A stretch of 64,000 bases of DNA from Candidatus Obscuribacteraceae bacterium (GCA_044226015.1 JBGAHS010000012.1:41009-105008); one strand, 5' to 3'. Positions 8,729-18,261 are shown, numbered from the stretch's first letter. The notes: generated from the sequence alone by a model not told the origin. Numbers and translations: made by a program.

Positions 8729-10798
8729 CTATTTCGCGTCTCCTAATTTTACTGGAAGTCGAGTTACTTGCCCCTGCCTTAAAACATTCAGTGTAACCAC
8801 TTGACCCGGTTTTTTGGTCTCTACATAGCTGAGCAAATCATCAACTGAGGCAACCCTCTGGCTATCAACCCCAATTATGGTGTCAGCGCTTGAATTGTCA
8901 ACCTGAACAAAATCGAAGCCATTAATTTTTCCGCGGCGAACGGTGGGTCCATGCAAGCCTGCCTCTGCTGCAGGTCCCTGTGGGTCAATTGCCGTAATCA
9001 TAAGTCCGACATCAGTTGGAGTCACTTTGAGGATTCCAAGGTTCGGACGCAGAACGACGCCATGAGCAATCAGTTGTGGAACGATTCTCTTGACTACGTT
9101 AATTGGAATCGCAAATCCTATTCCAGCACTTTGCTGAACCTTGCCAAGAATAGCTGTGGTAACTCCGATCATATTTCCCTGGGTGTCTAATAATGGACCG
9201 CCAGAGTTTCCTGGATTGATTGCTGCATCTGTTTGCAGTACACCTTTAATGACTCTGCCATTTTCTGTGCGCATTGTTCGTCCAACGCTGGATATGATGC
9301 CAGACGTCATTGTCAGGTCTAATCCAAATGGATTTCCAATTGCGTAAACACGTCTGCCAACCTCCAGTCGGCTGGAGTCGCCGAATTTTATAGTTGCAAG
9401 TTTTCTTGTTCCTGGTTCAATCTTCAAGACCGCCAGGTCATTGTCGGGGTCAGTACCAACCAGTTTTGCTTGGAAGGTGGTGCCATCGAACAGAGACACT
9501 CGCACCATGCTTGCACCATTCACCACGTGGTTGTTGGTGAGAATGTATCCGTCAGTAGAAATAATTGAACCAGAGCCAGTTTCGCTGGGTGAAGTCATGC
9601 CGAACATTACGGCTTCGGGGCTGGTGTTGATGGTTGTGACGTTGACAACAGCCTTGCTATCAGTTTTATAGACACGAATATTTGTTGCTTCTTCTGCTGT
9701 CACCGGCGCTGGTGGCGCTGAAGTGAAAACATCGGGCAAATTCTCATTGGATGAGTTGCTGTTTTTTGTATCTGCCTTATCCGCTTTTACTTTTTTCGTG
9801 CTTGAATTTGCCGCGATTTTTATAGAGGCTGATTTCGCTTGCCAGGAACTTTGTTTGCCCTCTTGAGCGAGCGCCGGTTTTTCAGCTGGCGTTGTATTGC
9901 TCGCACTTACGTTGCTCGCAATGCCCATCGACAGCGAAAGCAACAAAACTATTGCTCCGGCGGTATTCTTGAAATCACCTTTTTGTTTCTCGTCAGCTTT
10001 CATATTCTTTTCTTCGCCCGTTTTGTTGTCTTCACTACTTTTTTTTTCTTCGTTTGGATTGCTCTGATCTTCGCTGATGCTCTGACTCTCTTGTGTTTCA
10101 GCGTCTCTGGCTTTCTTCCCGATCTTCGGTTCAGTTCCGTTAAGTAATCGTTTGATGTTAGCCTGATGGCGCAAAATTACGTAACTGCTCCCAACTATAT
10201 TGAATATCACGAAACTCGGCCGCGTGCCGTGTGTGAAATAGTGCATAAGAAAGGGACCCGACACTGCGGCTGCGATTGACCCGAGTGATACGTACTTCTT
10301 TATGTAGATAGTTGAAACGAAAACGATGAACATGCACAATCCGGCCAGAGGGTTCATCGCTGCTAATGCTCCCAATCCTGTGGCAGCACTCTTGCCGCCA
10401 CCAAAATTCAGGAATATTGATTTGGCGTGAGCTAGCAGCGCAATGAATGCAACGATTGCTGGAAGAATGTAGTAGTGTGCAAAGGCTGTTTCGAAGGCTC
10501 CGCCTTTATCTTCGGGACCAAGCAAATACAACCAGGGCGGCAGGTCGACAAAACGTTCCGATATTGGGGCTGATGCCGCAATCGCTAAAACTACTGGGAA
10601 TGCGCCCTTGAACATATCGAAAATCAGAACGAAGACAGCCGGACCTTTTCCAACGCAGCGAAGCACATTCGTTGCGCCGGTTGAGCAGCTACCTTCTTTT
10701 CGGATATCGATGCCTTTTAGTACTTTCCCGATCCAATACCCAGTCGGTATTGCGCCCATGAAATAGGAAAAGATGCAAATTATGGTCGCAGCAAGCAT
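8729..10798 (-). CDS. plsY: In-frame fusion of glycerol-3-phosphate acyltransferase PlsY and an HtrA/DegP serine protease with a PDZ domain
   Basis: N-terminal half has GAIPTG, DIRKEGSCSTGATNVLR, FGGGKSAATG and RHQANIKRLLNGTE (PlsY). C-terminal half has ILTNNHVV, DLAVLKI, QTDAAINPGNSGGPL and a PDZ domain. Confidence 0.9.
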   Translation of the reverse strand: MLAATIICIFSYFMGAIPTGYWIGKVLKGIDIRKEGSCSTGATNVLRCVGKGPAVFVLIFDMFKGAFPVVLAIAASAPISERFVDLPPWLYLLGPEDKGGAFETAFAHYYILPAIVAFIALLAHAKSIFLNFGGGKSAATGLGALAAMNPLAGLCMFIVFVSTIYIKKYVSLGSIAAAVSGPFLMHYFTHGTRPSFVIFNIVGSSYVILRHQANIKRLLNGTEPKIGKKARDAETQESQSISEDQSNPNEEKKSSEDNKTGEEKNMKADEKQKGDFKNTAGAIVLLLSLSMGIASNVSASNTTPAEKPALAQEGKQSSWQAKSASIKIAANSSTKKVKADKADTKNSNSSNENLPDVFTSAPPAPVTAEEATNIRVYKTDSKAVVNVTTINTSPEAVMFGMTSPSETGSGSIISTDGYILTNNHVVNGASMVRVSLFDGTTFQAKLVGTDPDNDLAVLKIEPGTRKLATIKFGDSSRLEVGRRVYAIGNPFGLDLTMTSGIISSVGRTMRTENGRVIKGVLQTDAAINPGNSGGPLLDTQGNMIGVTTAILGKVQQSAGIGFAIPINVVKRIVPQLIAHGVVLRPNLGILKVTPTDVGLMITAIDPQGPAAEAGLHGPTVRRGKINGFDFVQVDNSSADTIIGVDSQRVASVDDLLSYVETKKPGQVVTLNVLRQGQVTRLPVKLGDAK

Positions 10799-10810
10799 CG
10801 TGAATGCCCT

Positions 10811-12208
10811 CTATTCGCGGTCTTTCGGACGAAGGAATAGTCTGATAGGAGCACCCTTGAATCCAAACGACTCTCTGATTTTTCTTTCAAGATAAGCCAT
10901 ATAGCCGCTTGGAGCTAGTTTGTCATCATTTACCTTTAGCACGAAAGATGGTGGGCAAACTGAGACCTGAGTTGCATAATAGATGCGCAGTCTGCGCCCG
11001 CGCTTACTTGATGGCGGTGGTGTGAGCATTTGTGCATCTTGTATAACTTGGTTGATTGCTGAAGTACCAACGCGTTTTTGTGCTTCGCCGAAACAGCGCA
11101 TTGCAGCTTCCAGAATTTTCTTCACACGCTGCCCGCTTTTCGCTGAGACGAACACCACTTCTGCATATTTCAGATGAGGCAATTCCATTTCGACTTTAGC
11201 TATGTACTCATTCATTAGTTTGCTCGATTTATTCGAGACAAGATCCCATTTGTTGAAGACAACTACGGCAGGCTTACCAGCATCGATGATTCGCTGAGCG
11301 ATTTTTTGATCTTGATCAGCGATTTCTTGAGTTGCGTCCAGCATCATTACTGTAACGTCAGATCTCTCAATTGACTGAAAGGCGCGCACAACCGAAAAGG
11401 CCTCGACCCCATACTCAACCTTTGAGCGTCTGCGAATTCCTGCCGTATCAATCAATGTGATTTTGCGCTCTTCAAATTCGAAAACGCTGTCGACAGAATC
11501 ACGGGTGGTGCCTGGAATGTCTGTGACGATTGATCTCTCTTTTCCTGTAATCGAATTTACGATTGACGATTTACCTACATTTGGACGTCCCACGATGGCG
11601 AGAGCGAAGTCTCTTCTTTCTTCTTCCTCTACATTTTGTTCTTCGGGGTAAAGGTGGGCGTATTCGCTTTTCGGTTTGCCGTTTTTCTTGCAGCCATCTC
11701 TCAGGTTAGCTGGCAGCGTTTCAAGAATTTTGTCTAACAAGTCACCGACGCCACCAGTTCCTCTCAGAGCCGAAAGTGAAAGTGGTTCACCTAAGCCCAG
11801 GCTGTAAAAGTCGAGGAGGTTCGATTGGTCTTTTTGATTATCCAACTTGTTGACAGCGAGCAAAACAGGTTTCTTTGAGCGTCTCAGCATGTTGGCGACA
11901 TCCTGATCTGCACCTGTGACGCCAGCCTTTCCATCGACCATGAAGACCACTACATCTGACTCTTCGACAGCTTTTTTGACTTGCTCTCGAACTTGCCGAG
12001 TGATTTCTTCATTGGAATCAGGTAATAATCCGCCCGTATCTACGAGCAAAAATTCGTGACCTGACCAATCACAATCTCGATAGATGCGGTCGCGCGTTAC
12101 TCCAGGGCTATCATAAACAATAGCCTCGCGTCCGCCGACGCAGCGATTGAAAAATGTCGATTTACCGACGTTTGGTCGTCCAACGATGACAATTATGGGC
12201 TTGATCAT
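10811..12208 (-). CDS. der: Ribosome biogenesis GTPase Der (EngA)
   Basis: Two GRPNVGKS P-loops, DTGG/DTAG, NKLD/NKWD and a C-terminal KH-like domain. Confidence 0.97.
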   Translation of the reverse strand: MIKPIIVIVGRPNVGKSTFFNRCVGGREAIVYDSPGVTRDRIYRDCDWSGHEFLLVDTGGLLPDSNEEITRQVREQVKKAVEESDVVVFMVDGKAGVTGADQDVANMLRRSKKPVLLAVNKLDNQKDQSNLLDFYSLGLGEPLSLSALRGTGGVGDLLDKILETLPANLRDGCKKNGKPKSEYAHLYPEEQNVEEEERRDFALAIVGRPNVGKSSIVNSITGKERSIVTDIPGTTRDSVDSVFEFEERKITLIDTAGIRRRSKVEYGVEAFSVVRAFQSIERSDVTVMMLDATQEIADQDQKIAQRIIDAGKPAVVVFNKWDLVSNKSSKLMNEYIAKVEMELPHLKYAEVVFVSAKSGQRVKKILEAAMRCFGEAQKRVGTSAINQVIQDAQMLTPPPSSKRGRRLRIYYATQVSVCPPSFVLKVNDDKLAPSGYMAYLERKIRESFGFKGAPIRLFLRPKDRE

Positions 12209-12296
12209 ACGGGTGTACCCCCGCAGAGAATGGTAGCACGCTATTCTTGCATTCGCCTTAGCCTGCTATCACTGTGTTTACGCCTATTTGAGGACT

Positions 12297-15200
12297 TTAC
12301 TTCTTGTCCTTGTTGTCTTTCCCACCATGATCGCCCTTGGAGCCGAAGACCTTGCCAAGCTTTGGAGCCTGTGCATCGAGGTATCGCACTAGCGTATCTT
12401 TAGCATTATTAAGATACATGGCCATTTCAGTGTCGCCACCCGTATCAGGATGGACACCCGGTTTTGCCATTTCACGCTTCCATGCCTCCAGAACCGCTGC
12501 CTTGCTGAGGTCTTCAGGTCTCAAGCCGAGTAGTTTGCAAGCTCTGCGAATGTCAGGAGCTACGACGCGAGGCATGTTTGCATGTTCATTGGTAGCCTGA
12601 TGTTTTCCACCAACAAATTTGCGATTTACTTTACCGTCATCGCTAGCTGCCGCTTCCTCATGTTTATGCAATCTGCCTTGAACCAGATTGCGCAATTCAT
12701 TGGGATCGAATTTTTGTGCCGGCGGTTTTTCCTCTTCGATTTCTTCGTCGTAATCTTCTTGAGCATTACCAGCGAATCCTGAGGAATCATCAAAATTCAC
12801 TGTTGACGGATCTCCGAATCCACCACTAGTGCCAGCATCCATTGATGATTGAAATGCAACTCCTGGGTCTTGTTCTTGTCCATGACTTTGCGATTCACTG
12901 CCATGTCCATAATCTGAACTCGCGTATCCTGACTCGTTGTTGTAGCCGTACTGACCTGCATTCGGCTCGGCACCCGTGCTGTAATCTGGAGCATATCCGC
13001 TTTGATCGCCATATGCGTTGGGATCCTGTGAGTACGCGTTGGGATCCTGCGAGTACGCGTTGGGATCCTGCGAGTACGCGTTGGGATCCTGCGAGTATGC
13101 ACTGGGATCCTGCGAGTATGCACTGGGATCCTGCGAGTACGCGTTGGGATCCTGCGAGTATGCGTTGGGATCTTGCGAGTATGCGTTGGGATCCTGCGAG
13201 TATGCATTGGGATCCTGCGAGTACGCGTTGGGATCCTGTGAGTACGCGTTGGGATCCTGCGAGTAAGCGTTGGGATCCTGCGAGTAAGCGTTGGGGTCCT
13301 GCGAGTAAGCGTTGGGATCTTGTGAGTACGTGTTGGGATCCTGCGAGTACGCGTTGGGATCCTGCGAGTATGCGTTGGGATCCTGCGAGTACGCGTTGGG
13401 ATCCTGCGAGTACGCGTTGGGATCCTGCGAGTACTCATTTTGTGCTGGAGCTTCATCAGCTCCAAAGAAACTTGAATCCATGTAGTTGGGAACTGCGAAT
13501 CCCTGTGTCTCTGCCTGGTTGTCCTCAGCTGTCCAAGTGCCACCAGCAGTCGATTCTTGTTGAGTTTCATCACTTAGCTGGGGCTCAAAAAGTCCTTCGC
13601 TGAGAGGTTCTTGAATCGAAGTGTCGTCAAACAATCTCTCATCTGTAGAGACCATATCTGGGTTGACGTCACTCTCGGAGTGTAACTTCGGTGGTGAAGA
13701 AGGGCTCACGAGGAAGTCTGCCATCTCGCTGACTGCTTGAGGGTCAACAGTGTGGGCTGCATGTTCAGCTGCCTGAGTGAGTTCTTCCGCGATGGGCTCG
13801 AAACTTACTTGCTCTTCGAATGTAACCTCTTCGGCTGGATGAGTTGAATCATCCATAATAGTGTCAATATCGGAGCCATCGATAGTGGCACCATCTACGG
13901 TGCCACCTTCCGCACTGATACCTTCAACTTCAGGTGAATGGTAAGCAGGTAATTCGTTGGAGAATTCTTCTTGGTGATGCTCCATCGAGGGTGAAGGCTC
14001 GTCGGCTTCAAACTCACCAATAAAATTGCTGGCTTCAGGCGTATGTGCTACAGGACCCAGCTCAGCTTTAGCTGCTTCATAGCCTTGTTGCCAGAAGTCT
14101 TGCTGCGATTCTGCAAGACTTTGTTCAAGTTCGGCACGAGCAGCATCAAAGCCTTTTCGCCATTCCTCTTGAAGTGTATCGGGTGCGACCTGATTTTGCT
14201 CAAGCTCAGCGCGGGCAGCGTCAAAACCTTTCTGCCACTCTTCTTTCATGAGTTCTTGCGAAGGAGCTGCATTCTTTTCGAACTCAGATTTTGCTGAGTC
14301 AAATCCTTTCTGCCACTCTAACTTCAGAAGCTCTTCAGACGGATTCGCTGCTGATTGCTTTTGTTCCTTTTGCAGTTCCTCTCTTGCTTCTTCGAACGCT
14401 TTCTTTTTGATTTCCTCGCGTTCTTTGGCAAAGGATTCTTCAAGTTCCATCTGAGCGAGTTGGTAGCCTTCTTCGAAGGCGTTGTCTCCCGAGGGGACTT
14501 CTTTGGCTTCTCTTTCCTTTTCTTTCTCTCTGTTCTTAAACTCCAGTGCCGCCGTGTCGTAACCTTCGTTCCACCACTCGTCGCGCACCTTCTTCATTTC
14601 TTCTTCAAATTCTGATTTGGCTGCGTTGTAGCCATCATCGTAGCTGCCTGAAACTGCAGCCTTCTCTTCAAGCTCGCGCTTGGCTGTTTCGTAGCCTTGT
14701 TGCCATGACGCTTTACCTGATTCCGCCAACTCTTCTTCGAGTTCATTTTTCGCAGCATCGTAGCCATCTTTCCATGATGCCTTGTTGGCGCTGGCTATTT
14801 CATCTTCGAGTTCTGCTCTTGCAAGGTCATAGCCTTCTTGTTTCGCTTTTTTAGCTGCTTCCTCTATGTCTCCAGCCAGATCTTTTTTCGCTGACTCAAA
14901 ACCTTGCTGCCAGGAAGCCTTACCTGAGTCGGCGAGTTCTTCCTCAAGTTCATTCTTTGCAGACTCATAACCTTCTTTCCAGGCTTGCTCTTTAACGCTG
15001 CCGTACTGCTCTTCTAACTCGAGCCTTGCAGATTCGTAGCCTTCTTTCCAGCTTTCAGCAGGCGTTCTAGTAAGTTCGGCAGTGTTCACATCTTCAGCAA
15101 ATGGCCATGGTCCTTGCTCAACGCTTGCTTTGCCAGCTTCTAAACCCTTCTGGTAGGAGTCTTCCAGAGCCTGTTTCATCTCTTCTTCGAGACCCTGCTC

Positions 15201-15764
15201 GAGGTCTAATTTTGCTGAACTAATACCTTTTTGGAACGCTTCAGTCGCTTTTTTCTCGCTTTCACTATTTGCAGCTTCGAAACCTTTTAAATAGGATTCT
15301 TCGGCTGCCTTGTAGACAGCAGATTCTAATTCTTGCTTACCAGCCTGATTGCCTTGTTCATAAGAGTCTTGAATGCTAAGTGCTAGCACCTGATTAGCGG
15401 CTTCGAGTTCTTTGATTTGTTTAGTAAGTGATTTGTTTCGTTCTTTAAATGCCGCTAGCTCTTCGGATATCTGGTCAATCAGGTCCGAATCTGATGACTC
15501 TTGTGCTTTAACAAGCTCCTCGCTTAGTTCATCGACTCTTCGCAAAAGTCGATCGTATTCTGCGGCAACTATGCCGTGAACGTCACCTCTTGCATACGAA
15601 AGCATCTGCATCGTTTCGGCATCGCCGATGATTTGCTTGTAATCGACGCCAAGCTCTACCGCAAGAGAATAAGGATTTAGGTCAGCCCCCCGTTTCTGAA
15701 GGGATTCCAGAGCGGCTACTGCCTTGTCTCTGTTTATTTCACCCATAACGACTCCATCAGCCAT
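12297..15764 (-). CDS. Large acidic repeat protein with a C-terminal J-domain
   Basis: 1155-aa ORF: coiled coil, about 17 [WYF]xxG[YF]xxA repeats, an acidic linker, 20 YSQDPNA-type heptads, then ACKLLGL...AWKREMAKPGVHPDTGG...LNNAKDTL (HPD motif). Confidence 0.8.
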   Translation of the reverse strand: MADGVVMGEINRDKAVAALESLQKRGADLNPYSLAVELGVDYKQIIGDAETMQMLSYARGDVHGIVAAEYDRLLRRVDELSEELVKAQESSDSDLIDQISEELAAFKERNKSLTKQIKELEAANQVLALSIQDSYEQGNQAGKQELESAVYKAAEESYLKGFEAANSESEKKATEAFQKGISSAKLDLEQGLEEEMKQALEDSYQKGLEAGKASVEQGPWPFAEDVNTAELTRTPAESWKEGYESARLELEEQYGSVKEQAWKEGYESAKNELEEELADSGKASWQQGFESAKKDLAGDIEEAAKKAKQEGYDLARAELEDEIASANKASWKDGYDAAKNELEEELAESGKASWQQGYETAKRELEEKAAVSGSYDDGYNAAKSEFEEEMKKVRDEWWNEGYDTAALEFKNREKEKEREAKEVPSGDNAFEEGYQLAQMELEESFAKEREEIKKKAFEEAREELQKEQKQSAANPSEELLKLEWQKGFDSAKSEFEKNAAPSQELMKEEWQKGFDAARAELEQNQVAPDTLQEEWRKGFDAARAELEQSLAESQQDFWQQGYEAAKAELGPVAHTPEASNFIGEFEADEPSPSMEHHQEEFSNELPAYHSPEVEGISAEGGTVDGATIDGSDIDTIMDDSTHPAEEVTFEEQVSFEPIAEELTQAAEHAAHTVDPQAVSEMADFLVSPSSPPKLHSESDVNPDMVSTDERLFDDTSIQEPLSEGLFEPQLSDETQQESTAGGTWTAEDNQAETQGFAVPNYMDSSFFGADEAPAQNEYSQDPNAYSQDPNAYSQDPNAYSQDPNAYSQDPNTYSQDPNAYSQDPNAYSQDPNAYSQDPNAYSQDPNAYSQDPNAYSQDPNAYSQDPNAYSQDPNAYSQDPSAYSQDPSAYSQDPNAYSQDPNAYSQDPNAYSQDPNAYGDQSGYAPDYSTGAEPNAGQYGYNNESGYASSDYGHGSESQSHGQEQDPGVAFQSSMDAGTSGGFGDPSTVNFDDSSGFAGNAQEDYDEEIEEEKPPAQKFDPNELRNLVQGRLHKHEEAAASDDGKVNRKFVGGKHQATNEHANMPRVVAPDIRRACKLLGLRPEDLSKAAVLEAWKREMAKPGVHPDTGGDTEMAMYLNNAKDTLVRYLDAQAPKLGKVFGSKGDHGGKDNKDKK
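13012..13434 (-). repeat. 21-bp coding tandem repeat, 20 copies (YSQDPNA heptad)
   Basis: The ggatcc-like core recurs from 13021 to 13420, a span of 399 bp = 19 x 21. Most variation is at third codon positions. Confidence 0.97.
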
Positions 15765-15955
15765 TTATGCTGTCAGTCTCCAAACCAGCCCATTTTCTGG
15801 ATATACCCGGCCTCTGAAGACGATTAAATCTCACAGCGAAAATTGCTGCGAAATTCACCTTAATTTATCTCATTTACTTGCGCTCGTCTCTCATGACAAT
15901 AAAATCTGCCATGCCTTCATTAATTGTCGAAACATCTGTCGAAACTCTTGCGTGG

Positions 15956-16234
15956 CTAATATCGCAAGATTTCGAAGCGGGAATATGAGGGGTCGATTTG
16001 CTCAATCCAGACCAGTTCGACATCGTCGACTCGCGCCGAGGGAGGACCCTTCTTGCACCATATAATGAGACTTTCAAGCTGCTCTTCTGGTCCTTGAGCT
16101 TCAACTTTAACAGAGCCATCGTCCTGATTTGCTACCCAACCAGTAAGTCCGAGCAAGCGAGCCTGGTCTGCGGTGCTCTGGCGGAAGAACACGCCCTGAA
16201 CGCGGCCCGTCACTCTCAAGCTGACTCTTTTCAT
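15956..16234 (-). CDS. acyP: Acylphosphatase
   Basis: VTGRVQGVFFR, GLTGWVANQDDGSV and GPPSARV motifs. Confidence 0.95.
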   Translation of the reverse strand: MKRVSLRVTGRVQGVFFRQSTADQARLLGLTGWVANQDDGSVKVEAQGPEEQLESLIIWCKKGPPSARVDDVELVWIEQIDPSYSRFEILRY

Positions 16235-16236
16235 TC

Positions 16237-18261
16237 TTAGGTCAATCGTCTGGAACCAGGTCCTTCAAAAAGCTTGTAAGCCTCTTTGACCATGGTTGAG
16301 TCGCCTACCTCATCTGGGTTAGCTCCAAGAGACGGGCGAGGCGGTTGTGAGGTCTGCTCCCCCGGAGAAGGAGCAGTCGCTGCAGCACTAGACTGCTGGA
16401 CCGGAGGCGCTTCACCTGAAGGTCTGGGCATCGGCGCTGACGTTCTGGCAGCCGCCGAACTAGACTTTTTTGCTGGGGCTGTTTGCTCCGCAACCTTTAT
16501 TTTGATCTGCATCTCAGTGCCCGTAACTGCTTTTGCGGCAGCCTTGATGTGATCCATCTTGCTCTCGAGCATCTTCTGCAAATTATCTTTGAGAACGCCC
16601 ACATTTAGCTCTTTTCCAGATGTGCTTAGTGGAAACGCGTGCGTTGAAGTCAGGCTGAAAGTTGGCAGATGCCTGCGCTGAAGTTCATCCAGAATTTGCT
16701 GCCAGAGATATTCGATGTCATTGCTGAAGTCACCGCCTTGCGGTGCGGCAGCGGACTCACCGGCTTCTGAATAATCATCCTGATAGGCTGCTTCATCGTT
16801 TGCCGTGCCTTGAGATTGAGCTGCAACAGCTGGCTCTGCCTGTGTTGGTTCGCTCGCCGTTGGTGCATGTGGCGCCTGCGCTGCTGCTTGATGAGCTTCT
16901 GGCGAAATGTGTTGTGCTGGTGGTGGAACCGCAGCCATAGGACGTTGCGGTGGTGCAGCCGGCTGGCTCGGAGCATGTGACTGAGCAGGCGCCGGTGCCG
17001 GAAGGACTCGCGCCTGCACGTGATGACTTGCACGAGCGGCGCCGCTGTCGAAGTTAGCACCCTGTGCAACCATTTCTTCCAGCTTAGAAACACGTTCAAC
17101 TAGATCTTTTACGAGGTGAATGTCGTGACGATGGCAAAGTCCGAGCAATCCTACTTCGAGGTGCATAGCTGGTTGACTGCTTCGTCTGCAGGTTTGCTCG
17201 AGTCTGTCGATTGACTCAACGATTTGACTGAGCTCTGCTCTTTCAAATTGACTCTGTTGATCGAGCAGTCCAGAGATATAATCTTTCGAACCCAGCACGA
17301 CTCCTGCTAGTGCAAGATCATCTTGTTTAGCGGCAGCCAGGTATGAGGCTTTCATCATGTTTAGGAAATGCTGTGAGAGTTCCTGAAGCACCACCTGTGG
17401 TTCGCGCCCCTCTCCCAGTAATTTGCTAACCGATTCAATGACCGAATTGCCTTCACGTTTTGCGATTTGTTCACTTATTCTGAGCAAGACGTCTTCATGC
17501 AGCGCACCGAGCAATCTCAGTAAATCGTTTACCGAAGCTGGTTTTCCCGTGCTTGATAGAAGGCTCGCCTGGTCAAGATTGCTTAAAGCATCACGCAGCC
17601 CGCCTCCCGACCTGCGAGCGATTAGCGAAATAGCATCATCTTCGATTTCGATGCTTTCTTTGTCTGCTACGCTGCGAAGGTGTTTCGTCAGAGCTTCCTG
17701 GTTTATTAGCTTGAACATCAGTCTCTGGCAACGACTTACGATTGTCGGCAAAACTTTATGTTCTTCCGTTGTTGCCAGAATAAACACCACCCCTGGTGGC
17801 GGTTGTTCGATTGTTTTTAGAAGCGCGTTGAACGCTTCCTTTGTGAGCATGTGGCACTCGTCTATAATGTAGACTTTGAATTCGCCGCCGACAGCTTTAA
17901 GCGGGGCTCGTTCAATCAGCATACGAGCATCATCAACGCTGTTGTTTGACGCAGCGTCGATCTCAAAAACAGCCGGAGAGTTGCCTGCTGTAATTTCAAG
18001 GCAACAGGTGCAGGTCTGGCAGGGTTTCACTACTGGTTTGCCTGTCGACTTACAGTTTAGTGACTTTGCCAATATTCTTGCGCTGGAGGTTTTTCCGGTT
18101 CCTCTAGGTCCCGTGAAAAGATAGGCATGAGTTAGACGATTGTTCTCGATTGCATTCACAAGAGTGCGATAAACGCCCTCCTGTCCGACCAACTCCTCAA
18201 GAGCTTGTGGTCGATATTTGAGATACAAGGGTTCGTGACGCTTGAACGGCGACTCTTGCAC
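16237..18261 (-). CDS. dnaX: DNA polymerase III subunit tau/gamma
   Basis: LYLKYRPQ, GPRGTGKT, a four-Cys zinc site, EIDAASN, IIDECHML, SRC and GGLRDA. Pro/Ala-rich linker, C-terminal domain and terminal VKEAYKLFEG helix. Confidence 0.97.
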   Translation of the reverse strand: MQESPFKRHEPLYLKYRPQALEELVGQEGVYRTLVNAIENNRLTHAYLFTGPRGTGKTSSARILAKSLNCKSTGKPVVKPCQTCTCCLEITAGNSPAVFEIDAASNNSVDDARMLIERAPLKAVGGEFKVYIIDECHMLTKEAFNALLKTIEQPPPGVVFILATTEEHKVLPTIVSRCQRLMFKLINQEALTKHLRSVADKESIEIEDDAISLIARRSGGGLRDALSNLDQASLLSSTGKPASVNDLLRLLGALHEDVLLRISEQIAKREGNSVIESVSKLLGEGREPQVVLQELSQHFLNMMKASYLAAAKQDDLALAGVVLGSKDYISGLLDQQSQFERAELSQIVESIDRLEQTCRRSSQPAMHLEVGLLGLCHRHDIHLVKDLVERVSKLEEMVAQGANFDSGAARASHHVQARVLPAPAPAQSHAPSQPAAPPQRPMAAVPPPAQHISPEAHQAAAQAPHAPTASEPTQAEPAVAAQSQGTANDEAAYQDDYSEAGESAAAPQGGDFSNDIEYLWQQILDELQRRHLPTFSLTSTHAFPLSTSGKELNVGVLKDNLQKMLESKMDHIKAAAKAVTGTEMQIKIKVAEQTAPAKKSSSAAARTSAPMPRPSGEAPPVQQSSAAATAPSPGEQTSQPPRPSLGANPDEVGDSTMVKEAYKLFEGPGSRRLT
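16431..16489 (-). promoter_or_regulatory. Candidate programmed -1 ribosomal frameshift signal in dnaX
   Basis: GGAG (16489-16486), 14 nt, in-frame A_AAA_AAG (16471-16465), 6 nt, then a GC-rich hairpin (16458-16431). The -1 frame reads GTC TAG. Confidence 0.6.

Noticed and set aside
12797..13603. Long alternative-frame ORFs over the heptad repeat (RRIPTRT..., WDPASTR..., GSCEYAL...)
   Set aside because: Shadow frames of a stop-free 21-bp repeat. The variation is mostly synonymous only in the YSQDPNA frame.
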